A DNA stretch of 63,944 bases, filler included, from Reticulomyxa filosa (GCA_000512085.1; 24 parts of 24 records of this genome joined end to end with filler, not necessarily neighbours in it); one strand, 5' to 3'. Shown: positions 25,905 to 38,775, numbered from the whole stretch's first letter. A program made the numbers and translations. The notes: generated by a model from the sequence alone, not told the origin.

Positions 25905-26636
25905 ATGACACGGATTCTACTGTCTTCCGTCGCGGCTGCGGCGGTGCTGGCGAGCGCGTCCACCGCGATCGCACAGACCGAAATCCAGTTCTGGCACGCC
26001 ATGGGCGGCAACCTGGGTGAAACGGTCAACGCTCTGGCCGAGGGCTTCAACAAGTCGCAGAGCGAATACAAGGTGAACCCGGTCTACAAGGGTTCCTATA
26101 CCGAGGCCCTGACGGCCGCGATCGCCGCCTTCCGCGCCAAGCAGGCGCCGCACATCGTGCAGGTCTTCGAGGTCGGTACGGCCAACATGATGGCGGCCAA
26201 GGGCGCCGTCTATCCGGTCTATCAGCTCATGGCCGACGCCAAGGAACCGTTCGATCCCAAGGCCTTTATCGGCCCGGTCTACGGCTATTACTCAACGCCG
26301 GACGGCAAGCTGCTGTCGATGCCGTTCAACTCCTCGACCGGTGCTCTACTGGAACAAGGAGCTGATGCAGAAGGCTGGCCTCGATCCCAACAAGCCGCCG
26401 AAGACCTGGCCGGAGCTGGGCGAGATGGCCAAGAAGGCGGTCGCCGCCGGCGCCAAGTGCGGATTCACCCCGCAGTGGCAGACCTGGACCATGATCGAGA
26501 ACTACGGCGCCTGGCACAATCTGCCGTATGCCACGAAAGACAACGGCTTCGGCGGCACCGACATCGAGCTGAAGTTCAACGACCCCGCGCGGGTCAAGTT
26601 CATCCAGATGCTGGCCGACTGGACCAAGGACAAGAC
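25905..26636 (+). CDS. ugpB: Bacterial sn-glycerol-3-phosphate ABC transporter substrate-binding protein, 3'-truncated, apparent sequencing frameshift at ~26340
   Basis: GGAGG RBS, signal peptide, TEIQFWHAMGG.LGE.VN.LA..FN.SQ..YKV.PVYKG.Y, PHIVQVFEVGTA.MM, LLSMPFNSST/VLYWNK. Confidence 0.93.
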
Positions 26637-26736
26637 NNNNNNNNNNNNNNNNNNNNNNNNNNNNNNNNNNNNNNNNNNNNTTAATTAATTAANNNNNNNN
26701 NNNNNNNNNNNNNNNNNNNNNNNNNNNNNNNNNNNN

Positions 26737-26766
26737 GCGTTCAGTTTTCTTTGCAACATAATGTAT
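26737..26766 (-). mobile_element. Terminus of the Tc1-like TIR family (second subfamily)
   Basis: GCGTTCAGTTTTCTTTGCAACATAATG|TA is nearly identical to 14100-14128. Confidence 0.55.
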
Positions 26767-28205
26767 AATTCGACTATGGGATGCATCATCTGAAAACAAA
26801 TTCAAGTACTAAAAGGACATTCAAAATATATGATCAATATGGAATTTTTTCCAAAGGAATCTAAAATTTTGTCATGTTCAGAAAATAATACTATTCGAAT
26901 ATGGAACATATCTGTAGAAAGAAAAATTCAGTTAACAGAAGAATATCCAGGTGTTATAACAGCATTAGAATTTTCTCCTGATGGTTCTAAAATTGTAACA
27001 GGTTCTAAAGACAAAACCGTACGACTGTGGGATGTACAATCAGGAAAACAAATTCAATTATTTGAAGGTCATTCAAATATTGTAAAAGGAGTACTATTTT
27101 TTTCAGATAGTTCTAAAATTGTATCATATTCAAGTGATGGAACAATCTGAATATGGGATGTATTATCAGGAAAGCAGATTCAATTATTGGAAGGACATTC
27201 AAGCTTGGTGAATAAGGTGCGATTTTCACCAGATGGCTCCAAACTTGTGTCATGTTCACCTGATAACACAATTCGAATATGGAATATATCATCAGGAAGA
27301 TAAATTGGATTATTGGATGGGCATTCCAATGTTGTAACTGATGCACGATTTTTGCTAGATGGGTGTAAAATTATATCTTGTTCACAAGATCGTACAATTA
27401 GACTGTGGGATACATTTCCCAGTAAACAAATTCAGACATTTGAAGGGCATACAAGTTCTGTTCGTGGAATAAAACTATCATCTGACGGTTCTAAGTTTGT
27501 ATCATATTCATTGGATAAGACAATTCGATTATGGGATATATTGTCTGGAAAACAACTTTTTCATTACAAAAACAAGAAGATATATCTGAAGTACAATTTT
27601 CTCCAGGTGTACTACAGTTGTGTCTTGCTCAATAAATAATATTCGATTGTGGGATATATTGACTGGAAAACAAATCCAAATATTAAATGGGCATTCCAAT
27701 GATATATCTGGAATAATATTTTCATTGGATTGTAGAGAGATGCAAGAAAGGGAGCTAAACTAAACGTATAAGAAAATTGAGAATAAAGAGAATTGAATGT
27801 TTTATGAGTTGAGTTATTACAACTCTGGAGTCAGTTATGACTCATGTATCACTACAGGATGGTTCTAAAATTATTTCATATTCATTGGATAAAACTATTC
27901 GAATATGAGATGTGTCTTCAGGAAAACAAATTCAAGTATTAAAAGGACATAACGAGCGTATTAATGCTATTCACTTATCACCTGATGGTTCAAAACTAGT
28001 ATCATGCTTTGAAGATAAAACAATTCGATTATGGGGTAGTGGTAATGGTAAAACTATTAATGTAACTGAAACTAGTGTAGTTAATTATATTTGGAAAGTA
28101 AGTAGTCAAAGCGGTTTATCAATGGAAGACAGTATTTGGAAGGACACAAAGGGTTTGGAAGATGAACAAAAAATGCTTGTGAAACAACGTGGTGGAATAT
28201 TTTGA
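26767..28205 (+). pseudogene. Tandem WD40-repeat pseudogene with a pentapeptide-like C-terminal tail
   Basis: About 8-9 repeats GH...V....FSPDGSKIVS.S.DKTIRLWD..SGKQIQ; in-frame stops (TGA for CGA or TGG, TAA for CAA), frameshifts and one insertion. Confidence 0.88.
27731..27856. mobile_element. 126-bp solo-LTR-like insertion with 4-bp target-site duplication GGAT
   Basis: GGAT|TGTAG...CTACA|GGAT; removing it restores WD40 TTT TCA TTG GAT GGT TCT AAA (FSLDGSK). Confidence 0.8.
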
Positions 28206-29274
28206 TGTTTTTTTTCTTGTTAATACATTTCACTCAGCAAAACTAAATTTTTTAAAAATATAAATGCTCTTAAATATTACGTGAGAAACTTTCATTTGTG
28301 ATCAAAAATAGAAACTTGTTTAAGAATACAATTATTAATCGATAATTGTGACAATATATTTTGTACTTTCAATGAGATACCAAAATGTGGTGGATGGTAA
28401 TGCACAATTGAAAAGACAAAAAGAGGCGGGTAAGTGTCATGAAGAAACTTTGCAGAGATAAGTAATTTTTCTATGAACAAACAACATTAAAAAAATAATC
28501 ACAAATCATTTAATTTAATATGCTTTGGCTCTGGTTTTAATTTCATCTTTATTGATTTTTAAAAACGCACAAAAATCAAAAAAGACCAGGTTTCAAAAAA
28601 AAAAATCAGCTGTCTTTAGATCTTCAAATTCCATCACAAAAGTCAATGATCTTTTATCCGCAGTAACATACACTTTTTGTTTTCAATTGACTTATTATTC
28701 ATTTTTATCTGCGTTAGTTTCTGCCCTTTCAAAGGACAAAGAAATTTTAATCCAACACAAAAGATTGTAATGAAAACAGCGACTATCGGTTGCATTTACT
28801 TCTATTAAAACGGATTCAAGCGTTGCAACATTAAAAAAGATGAAAACGAGGTCGAAACAATTTTCTTTGATTTTCTGGGACCTTTACCTATCTACTGAGC
28901 CACATTCAAAGTGTGGCTCATAAAAATGAAATCCCCATTTATGGGGATATTGAGCACAGTCTTACCATATGCTAAAAAATCGGTATACGTGCATTTGCTC
29001 TTATCCAAGCAATACGACATTGTCAGAACATTGTGCGATAAAGTGGACAAAAAGTTTTTTTTTTTTTTAAATTGAAATATTCAAAAGTGAACTGAAAAAA
29101 ATTTGTGGAGTAGGGTCTAACGTGTGCACCTAAAAAGATGCAACAATTTGTTTAAATGAATCAAACCATAGACTTACTCTGTATTTTTTTTGCTCGGCCA
29201 TTAGAACCAATGCACAAAAAAAAAAAAGAAAAAGTGATCACCAGAGATAGAATACAAATCATTGGAATAACAAA

Positions 29275-30188
29275 CTAGCACAAATTCATGGCAACAGTAT
29301 ACTCCTTTCCAAAAATCCATTCTTGAAGAGTAACAAGGCCACATTTGATCGAAATGCGTCGATAGATGTGGTCGTTCCATTGAAATGTCAGTAGCAGGGA
29401 GCTGACAGAGATGAGCAAATCAGTGGCAATGAAAGCGCCATAGATGTCCGTGTTATAAATAATTATAGCCGTGCAAATGGTCGAGATGATCGTGATACCG
29501 TACAACACTGCAAGTTTGAACAGCAAATACTTCAATTGACCTCCATTTTCTCCCATTGAAGCCACAGCTTTTTTTTTTTTAAAAAAAAAAAAATTATTAT
29601 TACAATTATGATAATTACATTTTTTTACACGTACATACATGTACCAAAAAAAAAAAAAAATATATGTACATATATATACATATATGTATATATATATAAA
29701 CCCAACAAGCAACCGAACGACGATCAGCAAATCTGGAAAATTGTTGAAGCCTGCGCAAGAACGTGAAGGTGATGACAAAGGCAAGAAAGGTATCGAAAAC
29801 AAAGGACGGTGCAAGAGCGACAGACCTTTGACAGTGTATGTAAACGTTGAAAATGTAAGAAAGAAAGTGGGAGCACCGAGCCCGAGCAAAACCATGAAAA
29901 AGTAGAGAATGATGGTGGTGGTCTGGAATTCGAACACCGAATTGCGAAAGGTAAGATAGATGCGATAAATGTAAAAGATGTAAATGCCACATCGATGCAG
30001 GAACACGAATGCACTACCGAGAATCGCGTTCACGCCGCATCCAATATCGAGATGGAAAAATAGCTCGGTCACATTTATCACCAAGGAATACGTACAAAAC
30101 ATCACAGCCGAGGTTGCCGCCATAATTATACAATATCGTGTGATATTGTCAGGTTTTTTTGCCAATCGCTTCACTTCAATAAATTCAA

Positions 30189-30239
<51 letters not shown>

Positions 30240-30261
30240 CATTTGTTATTATCACATTTGT
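29275..30261 (-). CDS. Multi-pass (possibly 7TM/GPCR-like) membrane protein, 5'-truncated, with intron ~29700-29567
   Basis: Five or more hydrophobic segments, Cys in loops, FYIYRIYLTFRNS, poly-Asn; the TATA-rich part of the ORF is intronic. Confidence 0.55.
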
Positions 30262-30361
30262 NNNNNNNNNNNNNNNNNNNNNNNNNNNNNNNNNNNNNNN
30301 NNNNNTTAATTAATTAANNNNNNNNNNNNNNNNNNNNNNNNNNNNNNNNNNNNNNNNNNNN

Positions 30362-30959
30362 TCTACTGTTCTTTCTCTTTCCTTTTCTCAACGAAGAAGA
30401 GATAAAAAAAGAAAACAAAAATCATCTCAAAATAATTTGGATAAAAGTACTACCGATCATCTTAATAATATTCAATCCATGTTATGTTATTTATTATTTT
30501 TAAAAATATATATAAATATGTATATATTAATAATATAATAAATATAATTTTTTCATTTATAGTAGCACATCAGATATTATTCCAGAACAACAACAAATCT
30601 CCACTCCTTTGACTGTTGTTTCAACTAATTTGTTAAATGAATCACGTGAACACGAACATGAACAAAAATATTCACACTTGGTCCAAGACTCAAACACTCC
30701 TCAATTAATTGTTAATGTTACAAATTTCATCAAAAATGATCAAAATCAATTATATTCCATTACTTTACAGCTTAATCCTCAAAATATTCTATTTACACCA
30801 CATATTTTCACATTTCAATATGATACCAATCATGACACAATTGATCAAATTTCTCATCATATTATTCAAACACTTCAATATCCTACAACTTTCACATCTT
30901 ATGTCCAAGATGCTTTGAAACAAATTTTAGAACCTATTGATAATGTTAATCATTTTTGA
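30362..30959 (+). CDS. 3' end of a protein with a WNK-type CCT/PF2-like C-terminal domain
   Basis: ITLQL...FTFQYDTNHDTIDQISHHIIQTL resembles F.FD...DT...VA.EMV..L; intron about 30481-30561. Confidence 0.4.
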
Positions 30960-31586
30960 TATCATTCTTTTCCCTACTCGACATAGATTTTTGAAAGTTT
31001 AAATTTTTGAAAAGACAGTAGTAATCCATCCATAACAGTAAAAACAGAGTCAGAATAAATTTTTCATGTTTTCAAAATTTCCAATGCTAAGACAACAAAA
31101 TCTCATGTTTTAACAAAAAGAGAAAAAACGCATCCGAGTCAATATTTTGCAATTTCAAACTTTTTCAATTAAAATGGACTTTAAAAATTCTTTTTTAATG
31201 TTTCAAAGTGTCTTTGGAGCCACTTTTTTATAAGACTTTCTTTGTACCTATCAACTTCTTTTCGCTCTTTATTTATTCATTTTCGTTTTCATGGTTCTAT
31301 TTTTTGTTATAATTTCCAATAAATGTACTTTTACATTTTGTATACTGTTGTATATAAGTTAATTCTAGAATATTCCAACAATGTCCTCACATTTTGTATA
31401 AATAATTTTGTCAATACATGTCAAATTATCACACAAAGGGATGATCTTACAAAATATCTAAAATGTTAACACATCGTCAATTGTCGAACGTAGTAACGAA
31501 GTAAAACAGGAGAAAAAACGACAGTTAAAAAAGAAAGGGGAAAATTTTGCGTAAAACCATTTTCTTTTGCAAACTTAATCGAACAC

Positions 31587-31979
31587 ATGTCCACAAAAAA
31601 AAATGCGGAAACAGCCTGGGAGTACTTGAGTTCGATAGTTTTATTTTTCATGATGCTTGGACTGGCCTCAGGACTGGATTTGGAAGCTTTCAAACAGCGT
31701 TTCAAAAAACCACATGGGATCTTTACAACAATGTGCTTGCAATTTTTGTTGATGCCATGTTGTTGTTGGATACTATCTCTAATATTTGACCTGGATGAAT
31801 ACGTAACAATAGCACTGATCACAGTTGGATGTTGTCCAGGAGGGGCACTTTCGAATGTGTTATGTTACGTCTTCCAAGCAGACATTGCGTTATCAATAGC
31901 AATGACGACTTGCAGCAGTTTGATAAGTATCGGGATGTTACCATTGAATACTTACATATACATTAAACTGGCAGGAAAA
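31587..31979 (+). CDS. Bile acid:sodium symporter family (SBF/SLC10), first exon
   Basis: MMLGLA..LD...F....KKP.GI.....QFLLMP, GCCPGGALSNV......D.ALSIAMTT.S; GTAAGT donor follows. Confidence 0.92.
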
Positions 31980-32099
31980 GTAAGTCTGNNNNNNNNNNNN
32001 NNNNNNNNNNNNNNNNNNNNNNNNNNNNNNNNTTAATTAATTAANNNNNNNNNNNNNNNNNNNNNNNNNNNNNNNNNNNNNNNNNNNNTAAACTATGAA

Positions 32100-34150
32100 G
32101 GACATTTTTTCAAATGATTACCCTTCAATGAGATTACATATGTATTTCTTGGGATGATTGTGATGATGTCTTTCATTCACTCCATTGATCAAATGTATAT
32201 TTTACCATAATGTGAAATATTGATCCAATCCATGTGCATTTAAGAAAGATGTAATTTTATCATGTCTTTGAAATAATTCAGTATGTGCTTTTTGAGCACT
32301 TTCTCGTGTACGCTTTGCAACTTGATCTGTTTTTTCATTTTCTAAAATACATAAATGTCATTTGATCCAATAAATTTCAGTCACACTTTCAGCATCAATC
32401 TGTGACATAATTCTTTGATATTTACCAACTTGATATTTCTACATTTCTGCATCAAATTTATTCATGATTGCATTTACTGCAAATTTGTAATTATTCAAAA
32501 TTATTATACGCTATTCTTTATACTTGTAATATTTGTTCACTTATTCTACTGAAATTTTTATTGCTTTAATTTTGGATTCAATACTTGTAGTAATTCCTTT
32601 CGTGTGAATTTCCAATTTAATCAATTCAGATATTGATTGGCCTTGAACTACCAATCAAATACCGCCAATTCCAGGATTTGTCAATGTACTTGCATCTGTA
32701 AATATTCAATACAATTGTTGTCTAATGACAGTATTTGACTTGATATCGGTTCAATTCATTTTTGAAACGTTGATTTGATTGAATATTGAATATTGGACAA
32801 GTAGTTTGTATTGATACTATTTAATTGTTTCAACTTATGAATCATGTCAATACAATGCAATTTGGCCAATAAAATATTAATGAAAACACTTGATATTGTC
32901 GAAAGTTTTCCTGACTAGAAAAAATATTCTACTTGCTGGAAATCATGATCTCTTTTACATAATTGGTTGAATGATTTGTGATTTTGAAATTTTTGTTGGT
33001 ATAGTTCAAATCGTTGAAATAACTTTACATCTTCTATCTGTCTTCTCAATTCTAAAGAATGCATTTGTGAAATAATTTTGACTTTATCATAAGCAGTATT
33101 TTGCATTACTACAAATATTTGCACATAGCTATTCTTTGAATTTTTTACAATTTCTTCTTATGTGATTCAGAGGCACCATTCCAGAATGAGCATACATATT
33201 CCAAATTTGGTCTGATTGTTGTTTTGTATAATAAATTATAAGCTATGTTTAATTCATTTGTAGGAGCAAAAGAAAGTCAAATACTGATTTTTCTTGTTGG
33301 TCACTATGATTTAATTGTGCGTCCATAATTAGCACAAATACTTGGCATTATCTGTTTCTGGAATTTTTGCATACTGAGATGGACTGATAATGTGGATATT
33401 CCTTTTATTCATGCGACAAAACGTAATACATTGAGATTTTCTGATGACAACATCTTCCATGTTGATGGATATGATGATGTTCCATCAAAACTGTTTTAAA
33501 GAAGCTTCGATTGATGATTCACTTCATCCATATTCGACGTATAATAAGTTACATCATCTGCAAACATTCCACATTGAATCTGTTTATGGACTTACTGTGT
33601 GACATCATTAATGTACAACATGAATAACAAAGATGGTCATTGAGGTAATCGGTGTTGAAATCATATATTGATGAATTGACTCCATTTAGGACAATATATC
33701 CCAATCTGCCGGATAAAAAACTATTGATCAATATAATCTGCCGCAAAGTTGGAATTTATGTTGCATTTTAAAACGTAATCCATCATGCCATACACTATCA
33801 CATGCTGATGAAATATCTAACATTGCAGCATATGTAACTACATTTTGTTGAATGATACATTAATTGATTTTGACAATTTCAGGGGCAATTCAGGTGTGTT
33901 GTGCCAAGATTGAAATTCTGCTTGGCTTTGATGCAACATTTAGTGTTCGTTCAAATATCGCATTAAATCATAATCACAATTCGTTCAATTAATTTTCCCA
34001 CACACGAAAGTAATGATATTTGATTTAATTTTTGCAAATTCTTGAATCACGATCTGATTGCAATCTTATTTGAATTCAATGACCTAAATTGACAAAACAT
34101 TTGTACTGTGTTTTCATCATGCAATGACTGGATATTTTTGTACTGTACAA
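32100..34150 (-). mobile_element. Decayed non-LTR retrotransposon with reverse transcriptase and RNase H
   Basis: Minus-strand motifs in order: ISLLSCVGKLIERIV, QAEFQSWH.T, MLDISSACDSVWHDGL..K, SFLSGR...VLNG..S, MFADDV, RPNLEY, FTDAST..NPGIGG; many stops and frameshifts. Confidence 0.88.
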
Positions 34151-35799
34151 TTTCTTTTCACATCGAAGATTTTTTTTTAGTGCATATGCAGCTCCTTTGT
34201 ATATTTCATAATTTTCTAATGTCATGTTTTTCCTAAAATTTTTTTATATGTTCGTACGAATAATCGCTAAAAATCTACTGATGTTTGTGCATCTCCAGAG
34301 TAAATTAAGCGCATCGCAAGACTTTAATCTCTATCAGTCCAAGTTTTAGGACATCTAGAGCCTCTTTTGCGTGTAATCGTTCACTGTTGATTATGCTGAG
34401 GCAAACTTTTTTTGCTGTGTCATGATTTATCACAAATTGCTGGCCAGCCTCACGATACTACATTACCATAAGTATTCTTTCAAATAAAATTCATTTTTGT
34501 ATTACAGACAGCTTGTGAGTCATGACTAGAAGCCAAAGAATAACAATAAAAACAAAAAACTTGTTGGAATGTTGAAAAAGAAAAGTTTATATGTAAAATT
34601 GTGACAGCAACTAAATCAAGTCCAACATAAAAACTACATCATTCCAATCATTTTTGAAAATTTTTTTCTTACAAAAACTTTTCTAAATGTTTGTTTATTG
34701 TTTTTACAAACTAATTATAAAAGTGTAAAAGTATATCCAGTAAACCAGAAAAAATAATCAAAATTTGCTACTAAAATTTTTGTTATAAACACAAAAAGTT
34801 TATATTTTAGTGTTTGCTAATTTTTTTTTGTCGCAACTGTAGTAGTTACAAGAAATGAATTATATTTATTTTTAATAAAAAATCTTTTCATTGACTTATT
34901 TTGAATAAAGTGATCCTTTAAATAATTTCATACATTTCAATATATTGATTTGTATAACAGATAAATTATTTCAAATACAATAATATTTAAAATTTAATTT
35001 TTTCTTTTTGCAATGAAGTCTAACAAATGACCATTTGCTCAAATTATTCATTTGTAAAAAAGCGTATTACAAATTTAAAATATAAATTTTATTATCAAAA
35101 CTTATACTTTTTTAAATTCATCTTATAAAAAGTGTTATTCATGTTATTTAAATTTGACATATAATTCAAATTCAAATTTTAGTTTAACGTGTTGAAATTC
35201 GATCAATTATTGCCCAAATCAATATAATCTCATTTATATATTTTTTTATGTTTATCATAATTGACTGCAACATTATAAATGATCGATCATTTGTACAGTT
35301 TTCATTTACATTCATTGTAATTCTTTTTAAAAAAATTTTTACAATCATGCAACTTCAAAACTTGTGATGAATAGATGTCAATTTCGACAGATAATGTAAA
35401 GGAGTTATTTAAATCAATGAAAATGTAATTCAGCATCAACATAGCAAGTGTTTTTATTGTTAATGATACAAACGAATTTGGTCCTTGATAGATATGCACT
35501 CATTTTCTGCCGTATGATATGAAAAAAAATTGTTGATCGATCAATCTCCGCAAGCAAGACTGTACGAAATAAGATCATATGGTAAAAAAAAGCAAGATTA
35601 ATTAAAGTTGATTCAATAAACAACAAAATACTGAGAAAAACTTCCATTGGGAATGGGGGGATAATGAATGAAGAAAAAAGGGTGACTTTTTTCCCAACTA
35701 ACCCGTTGGTGGAACAATGATGTTTTTTTTTAATAAACCAAACAAAAACACCAACATATCTTTGAAGGCTTGACAAGCGTGGGAAAAAAAGAAATAAAT

Positions 35800-36511
35800 T
35801 TAGCGTAATGCATCGATCTGTTGTTGAATTTTTTCTAAATCATTAAACAAATGTGTTAAGTCTTCCAAAGAGAGTTCCATAAAAAAAGAGTCTTGAGAGC
35901 CGCTTGGAGCGATCTCAGACGTCTTCTCATTTACATTAGAATTTCGCTTGTCAGCACCACGGCTGTTGTTTTCGATGAGCTGTGGATTTCCTGACTTGAT
36001 TTCAAAAAATGGCTCTGGGCTCTCGCAAACGTGCACTATTCTGCGAAGCGACACTCATTTGTAAACTCCAGTTTATCTCTTTAAGTACTTTTGGAGCAAA
36101 GCATAGCTCTTTCAGCATTTCAATAAAATCCTGACCATTCTCCGCCCATACTGTTTCAAATGTCTCAGAGTGTTGATCTTGCATTTTCACACGTAACAGC
36201 TCCGCCTTTAATTTGCCTGGCTTCAGGTTGTGCTGTGCTGCCAACTCAAAAGTAAACGCAATTGCATTTATCAGAGATGAGAGTTGACTCGAGTCCACGT
36301 TCAATTTTTTGCACAATGTTTCTTGCTCTTCTTTACTGAACGGATTTGTGCTGTTGCTTGAAGTGGAGGTACGATTTTTTTGCAGATTTTGCAACACTCG
36401 TGTCAATATTGATTGCAACCTGTTTGCTGGAATTGCATGAATCAAATCAATAGCTTCCATAAATTTCGTTGTTTGAGGAAAAATGCTTTTGTCACTTGTT
36501 GATTCTGCCAT
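35800..36511 (-). CDS. COMMD10: COMM domain-containing protein 10; one extra T in a T6 run at ~36004 splits the ORF
   Basis: T.KF.EAI.LI..I....L..IL.RV, FS.EE.E.L, L..INW.L.M..AS......EP.AIF / E...MELS.E.L..LF..LEKIQQQIDAL. Confidence 0.85.
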
Positions 36512-37316
36512 TATTTCTTGATTAGGAGACGCAATACGCTCTTCAAGCCTAAAAATATATTCCCAAGGAACAGATGATGATCAATGTATCAAAAACAGAG
36601 ATAATAATTTCAAAGAAAAAAAGGCTAAAATTGTTGAATTTTTGGCCTTAGTTTGTTTAGACGTTTAGTAATGAAATAGCTCAATGTACTTTAAATGATT
36701 GAAATTAATCAGACAAAACTGGCAAACATTTTCTAGTGTTATCAAAAAATTGAATTTGTTTTTAGCCAATTTCCGTGACGGATAAAGCTGTACTTATTTA
36801 AGAGTAACCTCAAGTAAACGCCAAACCTTCTATTTAAATTTATTCTTCCTGGGTCAGTATTATCTACAAAAAAATTGTTTGAATTTTCAACTGGTTAGAT
36901 ATTTTGCGGATTTCATAGGATAGATTTTGAATGGTTGAGAAACTTGTTCAAGAAGCTTACGGCTATTGACACATTTTGTGAACTAAGCCCAAGGTATTTT
37001 TTTTACCAACTCTGACAAAAGGTAAAACATGGTACTGAGATTAAAAACAGAATAACAATTTTTAAGTCAAGACCAGGACTTGTTTGCCAATTAATAGTTC
37101 CGGTACAAAAATTGGCGCAACAAGGGAGACACAATTTGGGATAAAATCGCCAAGTGACTGAGCGCGATAAATTATTTTTTTTCCTCTCCTTCTCGAAAAT
37201 TCGTGTTAGAGAGAAATCCCCTATAAGCAAAGAAACCAATTTTTGTTAATACATCATTAAGTCAAACACCGTTCAATACTGCACCCAAGTTTAAACTAAA
37301 GTGATGTGATGAGTTT

Positions 37317-38391
37317 TTAATGTTTTGCCTTTTTTGTTGGGGGTTCAGTCGCCCCATTTTCGTTTGTAGCGCCCCCTTCCTCTGCGCTTTCCCCTTCATC
37401 TTCATTTTCATCACCTTGATTTTCGCTGTTGCTTTGATTATCAGAATCTTCAACTTCCTCTTTCAAGTAGATATTCGGGATATCATATTCCTTTTGTACC
37501 TTTTCCCAAGACAACGGTTCTGGATTGGGTAATTTGAGCTTTTGAAATGTCCAGTTGAATGCGTCGGTTTGTTTCTTCAACACATCCATCATTGCATTAA
37601 TAAAGCGCTTGTCAGAAGTAGATAAGTTGTCTTGACAATACTCTTTGTCAGCTTTGGTTAATAACTGCGTCCATAGGTCACTAAGTGTTTGAAAGAATGC
37701 TTCAATTTGTGGCTTATCTTCTTCTTCAAGTTCGTGCCACCAACGGTTTTGAAGGCACCCCCCATAAGTAACCGAAAGCAACTTCGAAAACACTGCCGCA
37801 TAGTTTTTCTTTTCCCATTCGGATTTTATCTCATTCAACACGTTTTGTAAAGATGTGAACGTTTTTTTGGAGAGCTTTGCATATCTTGCAAATCTTACAT
37901 CATCATCATCTTCTTCTTCTTCTTCTTCGTTCTCTACATTTTCAATTGTAATTTACTGATGTCTTGTTCATTACGAGAGCAAACAGGAGGGAGGAATGAA
38001 GGCAAAAAATAAAATAAAATAAAGTATACGTAAGTGTGCCCACACAAATTTGAATACCAAAAGCTTCATTAAGGTTGGATATAAGTTGCTCTATTTCTTC
38101 AGAAATTTCATCTGGTATAACCATACCGTTGGCATTGTTCAATACCACATCCATCGAAATTTCTTCGTCTGGATGCTCTGCCCTCAACGCATCCAACTCT
38201 TCTTCTATCACAAGCGACTCTCCTTCTTTTTTTTCACTTTTCCCTCTTGCTCCAATGTATGCCTTAAATGTTTCGATAATGTCCAATTCGCCTTCGGCTT
38301 CTCCCTCGGCTACCTTTTTTGGGTCGATATCACTCTCCTTTTGTTCACTTAACGTGCGTTTCTTAGCATTCGGGGATTCCATTGTTTTCAA
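37317..38391 (-). CDS. Hypothetical acidic protein, 2 exons (38391-38058, 37933-37317), about 316 aa, NLS-like motifs
   Basis: In-frame GT-AG join; PNAKKR and PPTKKAKH basic motifs; no family recognised. Confidence 0.65.
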
Positions 38392-38775
38392 GAAATTTGT
38401 CTTAAGAAATTACGCTAAAAAGAATCGTTTTTCTTAAAACTTTTTTTCTCACTCACGGGTATTTTAGGCGCTCTGTCTTCCCTCAAGTTTTTTTCAATTT
38501 TTTTTTGTTTGCGTTTTCTGTTGCACAAACTATTTTTGAAATAATTCAAAAACAATCATTAGAATTATTTTTTCAACCTAGCATAATTGTAAATACACGT
38601 TAGTTAATAAATTAAATCAGTCCTTTCAATACCCTTACAGTTGCTGTCAAAAGTGTTCAGATGTTGCGAATTTTCNNNNNNNNNNNNNNNNNNNNNNNNN
38701 NNNNNNNNNNNNNNNNNNNTTAATTAATTAANNNNNNNNNNNNNNNNNNNNNNNNNNNNNNNNNNNNNNNNNNNN

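Noticed and set aside
26330-26345. ugpB as a pseudogene
   Set aside because: A single lesion in an otherwise conserved gene on a short contig; most likely a sequencing error.
35990-36015. Programmed +1 frameshifting (TTT TGA in COMMD10; AAA TAA in RIO1 at ~54990; protease at ~24705)
   Set aside because: All sites sit in homopolymer runs with one extra base. In RIO1 the conserved REKRKNKIPK is restored only by correcting the earlier A6 run. Sequencing overcall is the simpler explanation, and reads or RNA-seq would settle it.
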